A stretch of DNA of 64,000 bases from an uncultured Candidatus Saccharibacteria bacterium (GCA_937903325.1 CALCZR010000058.1:65034-129033); one strand, 5' to 3'. Shown: positions 47,859-56,554, counted from the stretch's first letter. Numbers and translations are program-made. The notes: generated by a model from the letters alone, not told the origin.

Positions 47859-47866
47859 AATTCTAT
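47859..47866. repeat. target-site duplication AATTCTAT (right copy) of transposon 2
   Basis: Identical to 41137..41144. Confidence 0.8.
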
Positions 47867-48056
47867 TCATTACTTCTGTTTTTATGCGAATCTGTGACTA
47901 ACCACAGATTAATCCCCTCAAGGTACGTTTAATCATAATTAGTATACGTCACTACTACCGTAAGCACAATGCTTTTTGATCTGTTTTCTGAACTTACTTG
48001 CAGCTGCTAAAAGTATCCATTAATTGCAGTTTCGTCTATAATATTAGGTAACTACT

Positions 48057-48674
48057 ATGCGTCACTATTCCTACGATAAACAAACCAAATCAAACAAACG
48101 ACTACGCAGTCGCAATACTCTCGTATTGGGCATCCTTTTAGGATTCGTTATAGGAGTTATTTCATATAACCGGCTATTCACCCATAAAACAGATCTACAC
48201 GCTCAAGAAACAGCATCCCAGAGCCGTTCAGCCGGCAGCCAGAGCCAATCTGCCACTTGGCAGCCAACCATTACCGAACAGGGACTGCTGGATGGAACGA
48301 ATGCTGTCCGCATTACTGCCGGGCTGCCAGCACTTACCCTCAACAAACAGCTGACTGCGTCAGCTACGGCCAAATGCAAGGACATGACGCTCAAGGATTA
48401 TTGGGCCCACAACGATCCGCAGGGTAGAGAACCGTGGCATTTTATTGATGAGTCAGGCTACATCAAGCAGGCTGCTGGCGAAAACTTAGCCTATGGCTTT
48501 AGTGACAACAAAGGTGTTATCGACGGTTGGATGAACAGCCCCGCGCACAAAGCCAATCTGCTTGACACTCGTTACCAAGATATTGGTTTTGGAATCTGTC
48601 GCAGTGAAAACTTTGTGAAGTCCGGCAAACAAACCATCGTAGTCCAGCACTTCGGACAGCCTTTACCGCAGTAG
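48057..48674 (+). CDS. membrane-anchored CAP/SCP (YkwD-like) domain protein
   Basis: N-terminal TM helix, then NAVRITAGLPAL, YWAHNDPQG, GENLAYG and WMNSPAHKANLL motifs. Confidence 0.85.
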   Translation: MRHYSYDKQTKSNKRLRSRNTLVLGILLGFVIGVISYNRLFTHKTDLHAQETASQSRSAGSQSQSATWQPTITEQGLLDGTNAVRITAGLPALTLNKQLTASATAKCKDMTLKDYWAHNDPQGREPWHFIDESGYIKQAAGENLAYGFSDNKGVIDGWMNSPAHKANLLDTRYQDIGFGICRSENFVKSGKQTIVVQHFGQPLPQ

Positions 48675-48723
48675 AGCTGGTGCACCTAGAAACAATCTGG
48701 TCACGTTTGCTATAGTTTAGAGC

Positions 48724-49623
48724 ATGAACATTATCGACCGCTCTATTAAAAATCTCGACGTCTTCCAACAAAAACATCCGGTTATCGGCTTTCCGTACGC
48801 CGTCATAAAGAAAGTCGGTGAAGACGACGCCGGGTACCAAGCAGCACTCATAACCTACTATGGATTCCTCTCACTATTTCCGCTTCTTCTGGTAGCCACT
48901 TCGCTCGTGGGCATCCTTTCGCTTGGCAATGCAAGCGTAGAAGCCAAGGTCATGCACAGTGTCGGCACCTACTTCCCAGTGGTCGGTGACCAGCTGTCAC
49001 GCAATATCCAGGCTTCCAGTAAGTCAGGTCTGGCCCTGGTGGTTGGTCTCGTATTAGCATTCTACGGTGCACGGGGTGGGGCAGATGCCTTCCGTAATGC
49101 CTTGAATCACCTATGGCACGTACCCAAGAAACGACGTACTGACTTTCCTAAATCACTTATTAAAAGCCTGGGCATGACCCTATTCGGTGGACTCGGCCTC
49201 ATGATCGCTGCCGTACTGTCTGCTTCTGCTTCCGGGCTTGGCAGGTCAGTGGTCTTCAAGATTCTGTCGACAATCGTTAGTTTCGTAATCCTGGTACCGA
49301 CCTTTTACTTTTTGTACTGGATTAGCTTACCTCGTAACTATGTTCCTAAGGTTCATCTTATCCGGGGAGCGGTAGCGTCGGGTATTGGTATTGTTATTAC
49401 CCAGGCTCTGGGGAGTTATCTGGTTACTAGTCAGCTTAAAACACTTAGTCCACTGTATGGCACCTTTGCCATCGTCCTGGGGTTACTATTCTGGATATAC
49501 TTGCAGTCACTTATTGTGATGTATGCCGTAGCCTTTAGTATTGTCGTAAAACAGAATGCCTGGCCGCGTAGTTTATCTGGCAAAGTCCTCACAGCCGCCG
49601 ATCGATCTGCTACACTAGAGTAA
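48724..49623 (+). CDS. YihY/BrkB family membrane protein
   Basis: AALITYYGFLSLFPLLLV plus 6 TM segments. Confidence 0.85.
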   Translation: MNIIDRSIKNLDVFQQKHPVIGFPYAVIKKVGEDDAGYQAALITYYGFLSLFPLLLVATSLVGILSLGNASVEAKVMHSVGTYFPVVGDQLSRNIQASSKSGLALVVGLVLAFYGARGGADAFRNALNHLWHVPKKRRTDFPKSLIKSLGMTLFGGLGLMIAAVLSASASGLGRSVVFKILSTIVSFVILVPTFYFLYWISLPRNYVPKVHLIRGAVASGIGIVITQALGSYLVTSQLKTLSPLYGTFAIVLGLLFWIYLQSLIVMYAVAFSIVVKQNAWPRSLSGKVLTAADRSATLE

Positions 49624-50628
49624 ATGATTGCTCAACTCGCTTCAGCGACGGCTGAAAACGTCCACCATTATCATGTGCCCTGGTTTATGTATCTCCTTAT
49701 TGGTATAGCCTTGCTCGGTTATACGGCTATTGAGATCCACCATACCAAGAAAGATCACGAAATCAAGTTTAGTGAAGCAGTTCGCTGGTCAATCTTCTAT
49801 ATCTCTATCGCCTTGGCCTTCGCTATCCCGGTCTTCTTCTTTATCGGTCATCAGGCTGCTGGTGAGTACCTTGCTGCCTGGGCCATTGAAAAAGCTCTCA
49901 GTCTCGACAACCTATTTGTGATGGGACTTATCTTTACTAGCTTCAACGTCAGCAAGAAGCTAGAACGCCGTATGCTCAACTACGGTATTGCCGGTGCTAT
50001 TATCTTCCGACTTATCTTTATTCTGGCCGGGCTTGAACTCCTCAAACGCTTTGAGTGGGTCAGCATTATCTTCGGTGTCATTCTTATGCGTGCTGCCTGG
50101 AAGGCCTTCCAAGAGGCCAGGGGAGGAGACGACATAGAGGAAGAAGTCGAGATTACCGACAAGCGACTCTGGAAAGTCATGACCAAGGTTCTACCAATCC
50201 ACCACGAATTCGTTGGGCACAAACTGACCACCAAGGTTAACGGCAAACGCATGTTAACCCTCATGGCCGCCGTGATTATCCTGATCGAGCTCACCGATAT
50301 CATCTTTGCCGTGGACAGCGTGCCGGCCGTACTGGCCGTCAGCCCTGACCGCTTTGTGGCCTATTCCAGTAACGTCTTTGCCTTGCTCGGACTCCGAGCA
50401 CTCTTCTTTGTCTACCAGTCAGTAGCAGACAAGTTCTGGGCTCTGTCATGGGCACTCTCTGGCATCTTAGCTTGGATTAGCTTCAAGATGATCGCCGCTC
50501 CACTGGGCTTGCATGTTCCGGTCGCTATAAGCCTAGCAGTACTAGCAGTCTTCTTGTTTGGCAGTATCTTTGTGTCACTCAAATGGCCCAAGAAACTCAA
50601 GAGCCAGCCGATTCATATCGACGAGTAG
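49624..50628 (+). CDS. TerC family integral membrane protein
   Basis: EKALSLDNLFVMGLIF and DIIFAVDSVPAVLAVS motifs. Confidence 0.9.
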   Translation: MIAQLASATAENVHHYHVPWFMYLLIGIALLGYTAIEIHHTKKDHEIKFSEAVRWSIFYISIALAFAIPVFFFIGHQAAGEYLAAWAIEKALSLDNLFVMGLIFTSFNVSKKLERRMLNYGIAGAIIFRLIFILAGLELLKRFEWVSIIFGVILMRAAWKAFQEARGGDDIEEEVEITDKRLWKVMTKVLPIHHEFVGHKLTTKVNGKRMLTLMAAVIILIELTDIIFAVDSVPAVLAVSPDRFVAYSSNVFALLGLRALFFVYQSVADKFWALSWALSGILAWISFKMIAAPLGLHVPVAISLAVLAVFLFGSIFVSLKWPKKLKSQPIHIDE

Positions 50629-50649
50629 CAAACCGCATCCGAGCCTAAA

Positions 50650-51279
50650 CTACTGAACAATTGCTACGAGTTGTCTAACGACAGGTTCGAAGCTACTAGA
50701 CGGTGGACATTGGTTATACCTGACAACTGTCAGCCCTTGTTCTGTGCTATCCACGTCAAAGCCAAAGCCAACTTCATCACCCCCCAAATCTCCCAGTGCG
50801 CTGTAGACCAAGTCGAATCCTTCATTTCCGGATAAGTCAGGATGATGAGCACTTAGTTTAAATTCCATTGCATGCCTATCTGCAGTGCCTTCAGCCGCAT
50901 ACCCTGCGTCTGAGAGCAGCGTTACAGCTGAACCCATTCGTAGTAGGTACTCTTTGTGCCAAATGCTTTCTTGTCGGTCGGTATTACCTGGTATTCCATA
51001 CCACTCATTCTCTGCGCTAGCCACAGCATCAGATTCTGCGTAACTCAGTAGAAAGGTCGCGAAATCGTATAGGTCATCTGGATGTGCCTCAAACCACGTG
51101 TCGACTGCATCGGCGACCTCGAGGAGCATTACTCCTGCAGATATTGCATCATCATTGCCATTCTTTTCGCGTACAGCAGCTATTTCTCGATACATAGTAG
51201 TATCATGTGACATGCTTCGAGCAAGCCATCCACCTTCAGGGGGATATTCACCATTAAAGTGCCAGTTTCTATTTGCCAT
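50650..51279 (-). CDS. hypothetical acidic protein
   Basis: 209-aa ORF, strongly acidic. No family recognised. Confidence 0.55.
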   Translation of the reverse strand: MANRNWHFNGEYPPEGGWLARSMSHDTTMYREIAAVREKNGNDDAISAGVMLLEVADAVDTWFEAHPDDLYDFATFLLSYAESDAVASAENEWYGIPGNTDRQESIWHKEYLLRMGSAVTLLSDAGYAAEGTADRHAMEFKLSAHHPDLSGNEGFDLVYSALGDLGGDEVGFGFDVDSTEQGLTVVRYNQCPPSSSFEPVVRQLVAIVQ

Positions 51280-51374
51280 AAAGTAAGTCTATATCTGCAA
51301 GTACAATTTGCAAGCATAAGCAAATGATGGAGTCCCCATGAGCGAAGGAGCAACCGTGCCCACAGCGGACTAGT

Positions 51375-51653
51375 CTACTTTTTGACGATCTGATACTCAG
51401 ACTGGATGTACAGCAGATCCCTAATAACGCGTTGCAACTCTACGGTGGCGACGTCGTTTTCTTGGACCTCAGCACAGATACTGTCTAGCTCGATAGCTAG
51501 CGCCTTGAAATAATCCCCAGAGTTAATGAGTGACTGCAAGTACAGAGCCTGCAAATGTCGTTTGTTCTCAGCCATGTCCATGACTAGACTATTGCTATCC
51601 ATAGTGCCGAATAGGCTGTGCAGGGGGCTTAGTTGGTAGGTTAGTGTATACAT
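51375..51653 (-). CDS. hypothetical protein
   Basis: 92-aa ORF lying 9 nt downstream of radC. Confidence 0.45.
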   Translation of the reverse strand: MYTLTYQLSPLHSLFGTMDSNSLVMDMAENKRHLQALYLQSLINSGDYFKALAIELDSICAEVQENDVATVELQRVIRDLLYIQSEYQIVKK

Positions 51654-51662
51654 CGTTGCTCC

Positions 51663-52415
51663 TTATGCGTAATCATTATCTGGCAAGATACTCAGGTATT
51701 CATCTTCGGCAATCACCAGGTGATCCAGCACGTCTATGCCTAAGAGTTTACCGGCAGTTATAAGTCGTTCGGTCACCTCGTGGTCAGCCAGGGTTGGCGC
51801 CAGACTACCAGAAGGATGGTTATGGGCGATCAGAACGGCTACGGCACCGTGCTCAATGGCTGGCTGAAAGACTTCCCGCGGATGCACAATATTAGCCGTC
51901 AAGCTACCAACTGAAATAACCTCTTCGTGGATAACTTGGTAGCGGCTGTTCAAGTACAGGCCGCGAAGTTGCTCTTTCTTCATGGTGCCCATGTCACGCA
52001 GGTAATCAAACGCTTGGTTGGCAGTACTAATAAATACTGAGCGACCAGCTCGCTTCTGGTAGAAACGGCGACCGAGCTCGAGGCTGGCGACAATCTGACA
52101 GGCCTTAGGCAAGGGAATAGCTAGCGAATCCGCCAGTCGTTGTGCATTACGCTCATTCACAATAGCTGCTTCACCGTATTCTTTGAGGATACGGTGGGCC
52201 ATCTGCATGACTTCCTCTTTCTTAGTACCAACGCCCATGAGAATAGCAACCAGTTCAGCTACCGAAAGGGACTGAGGGCCTTGTGCCAACATCTTCTCTC
52301 TAGGCTTCTCTTCGAGCGGCAGATCTCGAACTCGAATGACATACTGCGTATCACCTTCGCCCATTACTTGGTCGTTATCACGTAACTGGTAGCGCTGAAG
52401 CACGGCTGTAGACAT
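51663..52415 (-). CDS. radC: RadC-like JAB domain protein
   Basis: An HhH-like N-terminus and a JAMM motif (HNHPSG..PT.AD). Confidence 0.9.
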   Translation of the reverse strand: MSTAVLQRYQLRDNDQVMGEGDTQYVIRVRDLPLEEKPREKMLAQGPQSLSVAELVAILMGVGTKKEEVMQMAHRILKEYGEAAIVNERNAQRLADSLAIPLPKACQIVASLELGRRFYQKRAGRSVFISTANQAFDYLRDMGTMKKEQLRGLYLNSRYQVIHEEVISVGSLTANIVHPREVFQPAIEHGAVAVLIAHNHPSGSLAPTLADHEVTERLITAGKLLGIDVLDHLVIAEDEYLSILPDNDYA

Positions 52416-52483
52416 AGAACCCCCTTATGTACAGGTATGATCGCACAAGGCTTCCGGTGTGTAAATCGTGTGATCAGAAGGAT

Positions 52484-53017
52484 TTAAGATTTGAGTGCAT
52501 CTTCTAACTGGCGACGCTGTTCTTTGATCGTCTCAAGTCGTTTGGCGTAGTCAGCAAGGTACTCTTTCTGTTCCTTGGTTTTACCAGCCTTTGCTGGAAC
52601 GACCTTAGTGAAATACTCACCAACAATATTTTGGTAGTCGTCCAGTAGGGTATCGTAGCGTTTGTCGAGATCACGCGTCTGCTGGTACTTACCGCTGACT
52701 ACCGGCCCAAGCATGACAGCTTTTATATGTAGTTCTTTTTCTTGGTAGTTAGCCAGCAGGGTCTTCATGTCAGCGAAGGTTTCAGACTCAGATTGTTTCT
52801 GCTTCTCAATAGCGTCCGTACTAGCCCGCAGCGACCCAAGCTCGCTCTTAAGCGTCACGCGGTACTTGCTGGCTGTGTCGTTAGCGATAACGAAGACGCT
52901 GCCAAGAATACCAATAATAATGGCTAAGGAAAGCAGGACAAAGGCTAAAGGGATCTTTCTTTTTGTTGGTGCTGATATTTCTTGCGTAGCTTCTGTAACT
53001 TCCATAGCGACCTCCAA
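52484..53017 (-). CDS. membrane-anchored coiled-coil hypothetical protein
   Basis: One TM helix (LAFVLLSLAIIIGILGSVFVI) followed by a charged helical region. Confidence 0.55.
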   Translation of the reverse strand: MEVAMEVTEATQEISAPTKRKIPLAFVLLSLAIIIGILGSVFVIANDTASKYRVTLKSELGSLRASTDAIEKQKQSESETFADMKTLLANYQEKELHIKAVMLGPVVSGKYQQTRDLDKRYDTLLDDYQNIVGEYFTKVVPAKAGKTKEQKEYLADYAKRLETIKEQRRQLEDALKS

Positions 53018-53454
53018 TTCAGTGGCTTTAGTCTAGCACAATGCCCAATATATTGCCCGGGTCCGTATCTGTTAAGTCCTCATTATGGTCCGCCCAACAG
53101 AAGTCCAGTAGTTGTAAAAAACAAACTTGTGCAATGCTAACCGTAAGCGCATACTTGCTTCTAGCAATATGGGTGCTGGTTCAAGGTCTCTTTGAGGCCC
53201 TCAACCTTCCTACTCATAGGCTTACAATCTCCACCTGCGGGTGGTTAGTCAACTCGGGGACCACACTCACTAGCTATGATCTTTTCTTAGCCAAGCGTCA
53301 CTGGAAACCTTCAAGATTTGCTCCTGGGCATACGTAGTTCGCATCGGACGGTTGCAGTTCTACGGCACAGAAAGCTCCAATCTTTTATCCGTCCTGTCAA
53401 AGGGTTAACCCTCCGACAATCTCTTACAAATTTATAAAATCTGGAGCACAAATC

Positions 53455-53748
53455 ATGTCGATTACTCATTATCAGGAAACCGAAAACCAACAATTCGTAA
53501 ACAAAGAAGTCACCGTTAACTCACTCTCTTTCCGCGGCCGCGGCAAGCTCCGCAGCTTCCCAAAGCAAATTACTATCGATGCCGAGGAAGTAACCTTTGT
53601 CGAAACCGGTATGCGCTACTTACTCCAAAAAGGACAGAGCATTGTGCAGCTATTCGACATGACTGACGGCAACAAGAACTACCGCCTACAGTTCGACAAC
53701 CAGAGCTTCACCTGGACCTTGCTGAACGTGTCTAACGTACCTCGTTAA
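53455..53748 (+). CDS. hypothetical protein
   Basis: 97-aa ORF with GGAG 9 nt upstream and a terminator directly downstream. Confidence 0.55.
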   Translation: MSITHYQETENQQFVNKEVTVNSLSFRGRGKLRSFPKQITIDAEEVTFVETGMRYLLQKGQSIVQLFDMTDGNKNYRLQFDNQSFTWTLLNVSNVPR

Positions 53749-53771
53749 GACTTACTAATACGACAGCATAG

Positions 53772-53799
53772 AACACCCCACAAGGGGTGTTTTTTCTTT
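53772..53799 (+). terminator. rho-independent terminator
   Basis: Stem AACACCCC / GGGGTGTT around an ACAA loop, followed by TTTTTCTTT. Confidence 0.7.
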
Positions 53800-53817
53800 C
53801 CACCTGCATTAGCGACA

Positions 53818-54858
53818 CTAAGCATTAACTGGTATTGCAACCGTAAAGGTCGCACCCTTGGCCTTAGCACTCTGCACGGATATGGAGCCACCATGACGCG
53901 TAACTATATCTTTAGCCAAGGCCAACCCTAACCCATGGCCACTCGACTTAAGAATTGTTGCTTGGGCACCTCGATAGAAACGTTCGAAGATCTTTTCCTG
54001 CTCAACTAGCGAGATACCGGGCCCTTTATCACTTACCGTCAGTAGTAAGTGATCGGTTACTCTCTTCAGCCCAACAGAAATGTCCGGTTTGGCACCACCA
54101 TATGTCACGGCGTTATCTACTAAGATGCCGAGTACTTGGGTATACAAGACAGGGTCAACATTTGCTGTCAGCTTATCTTCCACCGAAACGGCAATATCCT
54201 GTCCATGCCGTTTGGAGAGCTTGATTGTCTCATCTAGAACAAGCCTACTGACAGTAACTTTCTTGAGCTTAAGTGGAGCTTCTGCACGGGTCAGGCCGAG
54301 TAGCTGGTCACTTAACTGTCGGAGTCGTTCTACTTCCTCTAGGTTGCTCTTAAGGGCTTCTTTGGCTTCACCACTAGAAAGTTTTTTGTTACGCAGTGCA
54401 ACTTCAATTTCGGTCTGCATTACAGCCAGCGGAGTACGGAGTTCGTGACTGGCGTTGGCGGTGAACTTGGCCTGGGCTTCGTGAGCATCTTCTATGGGTT
54501 GCAGGGTATGACGGGCGAACCAGTAGCCGGCAAAGCCACCGATTAAGGTAATGGTGCTATCTATAATGACGAAGCTGATGAAAAGCTCGCGGCGATCTTC
54601 AGCCAGTTGTTTCTCACGCTGCTGCTCGATCTGTGGAATGAACTGACCCGACTGGAACGGATCGGGTAGGCGACGCACGATATCTGTTTGCAGTTCTGCA
54701 CCACGGCGCAGCCGTGCAGAAGCAACATTGTAGAGGGGGATGCTAAAGACAAAGCAGACAAGAACCAGGACAGCAACGTACCACGCAGTAAGCTTTACAA
54801 CCGCTGATTTAAACACGACTGGTCCTGAGACGGTAGCCAAAACCGCGGATCGTTTCAA
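53818..54858 (-). CDS. sensor histidine kinase
   Basis: Two TM segments, a HisKA H-box (ASHELRTPL) and HATPase N/G boxes (DNAVTYG, GHGLGLA). The track's TTG start overlaps the regulator gene by 50 nt; a GTG at 54816 is a plausible real start. Confidence 0.9.
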   Translation of the reverse strand: MKRSAVLATVSGPVVFKSAVVKLTAWYVAVLVLVCFVFSIPLYNVASARLRRGAELQTDIVRRLPDPFQSGQFIPQIEQQREKQLAEDRRELFISFVIIDSTITLIGGFAGYWFARHTLQPIEDAHEAQAKFTANASHELRTPLAVMQTEIEVALRNKKLSSGEAKEALKSNLEEVERLRQLSDQLLGLTRAEAPLKLKKVTVSRLVLDETIKLSKRHGQDIAVSVEDKLTANVDPVLYTQVLGILVDNAVTYGGAKPDISVGLKRVTDHLLLTVSDKGPGISLVEQEKIFERFYRGAQATILKSSGHGLGLALAKDIVTRHGGSISVQSAKAKGATFTVAIPVNA

Positions 54859-55489
54859 TCAATGAATCGCTTGAGGTTCCATCGATCTTCTTACGCAGAC
54901 TCCGGATAAACACCTCAACAGTATTCGGCAATACGTCTGAATCAAAATCCCAAACGTGTTCCAATATTTGGTCCTTACTAGATATCTGGTCAGTATGGTG
55001 GGCAAGGTACTCGAGTAGGGCATACTCTTTCTTGCTGAGCTTCACTGGCTTACCAGCCACCTGGACCTGTTTCAGTACCGTGTCGATACGTAAGCTACCG
55101 TGAGCGATAACTGGACCAACTGTTTGGCTAGGGCGGCGCTGCAGTGCCCGTAGGCGAGCCAGCAGTTCACTGTACTCAAAGGGCTTTACCAGGTAATCAT
55201 CGGCTCCGGCATCTAGACCCGTCACACGGTCAGTGGTTTCACCCCGGGCGGTCAGCATAAGGGTAGGGGTAGTATTTCCTTGCTTACGAAGCTCGCGGCA
55301 GATATCTAGCCCGTCTTTGTTATCTGGTAGCATACGGTCCAGGACAATGACGTCGTAGTTCTCAGTTTCAGCATAGGCCAAACCTTCGTCAGCAGTCTCC
55401 AGGTGATCTACGGCGTAGCCATCTTGTTCGAGTCCTGCCTTAATGGCGCGGCCTAGTTTCGTTTCGTCTTCTACAAGTAGTATTTTCAC
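54809..55489 (-). CDS. OmpR-family response regulator
   Basis: Receiver domain (ILLVEDE, VIVLDRMLP) plus a winged-helix output domain (IETIRGFGYRL). Confidence 0.95.
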   Translation of the reverse strand: MKILLVEDETKLGRAIKAGLEQDGYAVDHLETADEGLAYAETENYDVIVLDRMLPDNKDGLDICRELRKQGNTTPTLMLTARGETTDRVTGLDAGADDYLVKPFEYSELLARLRALQRRPSQTVGPVIAHGSLRIDTVLKQVQVAGKPVKLSKKEYALLEYLAHHTDQISSKDQILEHVWDFDSDVLPNTVEVFIRSLRKKIDGTSSDSLIETIRGFGYRLRTSRV

Positions 55490-55570
55490 TCTTGTATTGT
55501 ACTGCTTGTTGGCTGAAAAATTCCTGAGCTCAATAACGCTTCACCCGCAGAAGCAAGCAGAGCCTCAAAC

Positions 55571-55598
55571 GTGTGGTTCGAGTCCCTGCTGGCCCTCC
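55571..55598 (+). other. tRNA 3'-end-like fragment (T arm, acceptor strand, CCA) with no matching 5' half
   Basis: Reads TGTGG-TTCGAGT-CCCTG-CTGGCCC-T-CCA. I could not fold the upstream 50 nt into the acceptor, D or anticodon arms. Confidence 0.35.
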
Positions 55599-55640
55599 AA
55601 TCCCGGTTATGTTTAAACTCCTCAAGCGAGGAGTTTTTCT
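55589..55640 (+). repeat. cassette-boundary element copy A (core and right arm only)
   Basis: TGGCCCTCCAATCCCGGTTATGTTTAAACTCCTC-AAGC-GAGGAGTTTTTCTT. The left arm is absent. Confidence 0.8.
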
Positions 55641-55679
55641 TATGCTTGCACTTCTAAGATTTAATGACACAATAGCCAT

Positions 55680-56120
55680 ATGGCAAATCCAAGTATTGCA
55701 ATGATTGGTAGCTTCCACAGAGCACTTGAAACTATGCAAACAGCAATTGATACGTTCAATAAACATGCTATCCAGGTAGTTAACCCTCTTAGTACCGTGC
55801 CATTTGAACCGAGTGATGAGTTTGTGCGCTTTGAAACTGATGAACCTGGATTGTCGGATGCCGAAATTCAGGTCCAGGCACTTCAAAGGATCCTAGGTGC
55901 TTCGGCAGTTTACGTCGTATGTCCAGAAGGCTATGTTGGCAAGACTACCTCTTATGAATGGGGTTTTATTGAAGAACGCCAAAGCCCTGCATACTTTAGT
56001 GAAGAGCCAGAAGTTTGGTTTATGAAACGACATGCCCAGGACCGTATTGTAACCCCGCAAGAACTTGCAGTAATGGTCTGCGATGGATCAATATCACCTA
56101 TCCACAAGTTTGAAGGCTAG
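55680..56120 (+). CDS. cassette 1: hypothetical protein, possibly nucleoside 2-deoxyribosyltransferase-like
   Basis: 146 aa. IAMIGSF...VVNP...VGKTTSYEWGF gives a weak by-eye resemblance. TTG start at 55680; an ATG at 55701 is the alternative. Confidence 0.5.
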   Translation: MANPSIAMIGSFHRALETMQTAIDTFNKHAIQVVNPLSTVPFEPSDEFVRFETDEPGLSDAEIQVQALQRILGASAVYVVCPEGYVGKTTSYEWGFIEERQSPAYFSEEPEVWFMKRHAQDRIVTPQELAVMVCDGSISPIHKFEG

Positions 56121-56190
56121 TTGCGATTAGCTCCACAATGGCCCTCCAATCCCGGTTATGTTTAAACTCCTCGTCTTGAGGAGTTTTTGT
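56118..56190 (+). repeat. cassette-boundary element copy B (full)
   Basis: TAGTTGCGAT-TAGCTC-CACAATGGCC-CTCCAATCCCGGTTATGTTTAAACTCCTC-GTCT-TGAGGAGTTTTTG. It includes the stop codon of cassette 1. Confidence 0.85.
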
Positions 56191-56206
56191 TTGGTATACT
56201 GCCTTT

Positions 56207-56554
56207 ATGAATCAGGCAGGCGTACCCTTATATCAATACATTTTTAATCTACTCGATTTTGGCGATGAGTTGCTAAAGCAACTGGCCGAGGCTGATGAAT
56301 ATAACCGTAATAACTACATACTAATCTTAATATACATTGAAGATATATTGGATAAAGGTGGCCGCGCGATAGTGTCTAAGAGTGCGCGAGAGCATCTGGG
56401 TACTTATGAAGAAGGTGAAAAGATGATGATAGAAGCAACAAAAAGATTGGATTTGCTACGGGGCGAACTAAAAAGATTAGTTGCTAGTTATGATCTCGAT
56501 GAGACCATTAAGTTTAGGAGTGCTGCCATCTTCCAGACTTGGCAAAGGCGCTAG
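56207..56554 (+). CDS. cassette 2: hypothetical helical protein
   Basis: 115 aa. An extended -10 (TGGTATACT) lies 6 nt before the ATG, and there is no Shine-Dalgarno site. Confidence 0.55.
   Translation: MNQAGVPLYQYIFNLLDFGDELLKQLAEADEYNRNNYILILIYIEDILDKGGRAIVSKSAREHLGTYEEGEKMMIEATKRLDLLRGELKRLVASYDLDETIKFRSAAIFQTWQRR

Noticed and set aside
53041-53337. A 98-aa plus-strand ORF in the ORF-poor region.
   Set aside because: It has no ribosome-binding site or leaderless-type promoter, and its composition is odd. I treat the region as non-coding or a possible RNA instead.
54809-54858. A 50-nt overlap between the response-regulator and histidine-kinase genes.
   Set aside because: This is probably an artefact of the longest-ORF call, which uses a TTG start. 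A GTG at 54816 gives the usual short (8-nt) overlap.
55511-55598. There might be an intact tRNA (or a long-variable-arm tRNA) ending at the CCA of 55596..55598.
   Set aside because: No 5' strand complementary to CTGGCCC exists at the expected distance. The D-arm-like GAGCTCAAT has no closing strand, and no anticodon stem can be formed. The T stem itself has a mismatch and two G-U pairs.
55530-55886. A 118-aa minus-strand ORF.
   Set aside because: It runs through repeat copy A, its terminator hairpin and the start of the plus-strand cassette gene. The sequence is low-complexity and there is no ribosome-binding site.
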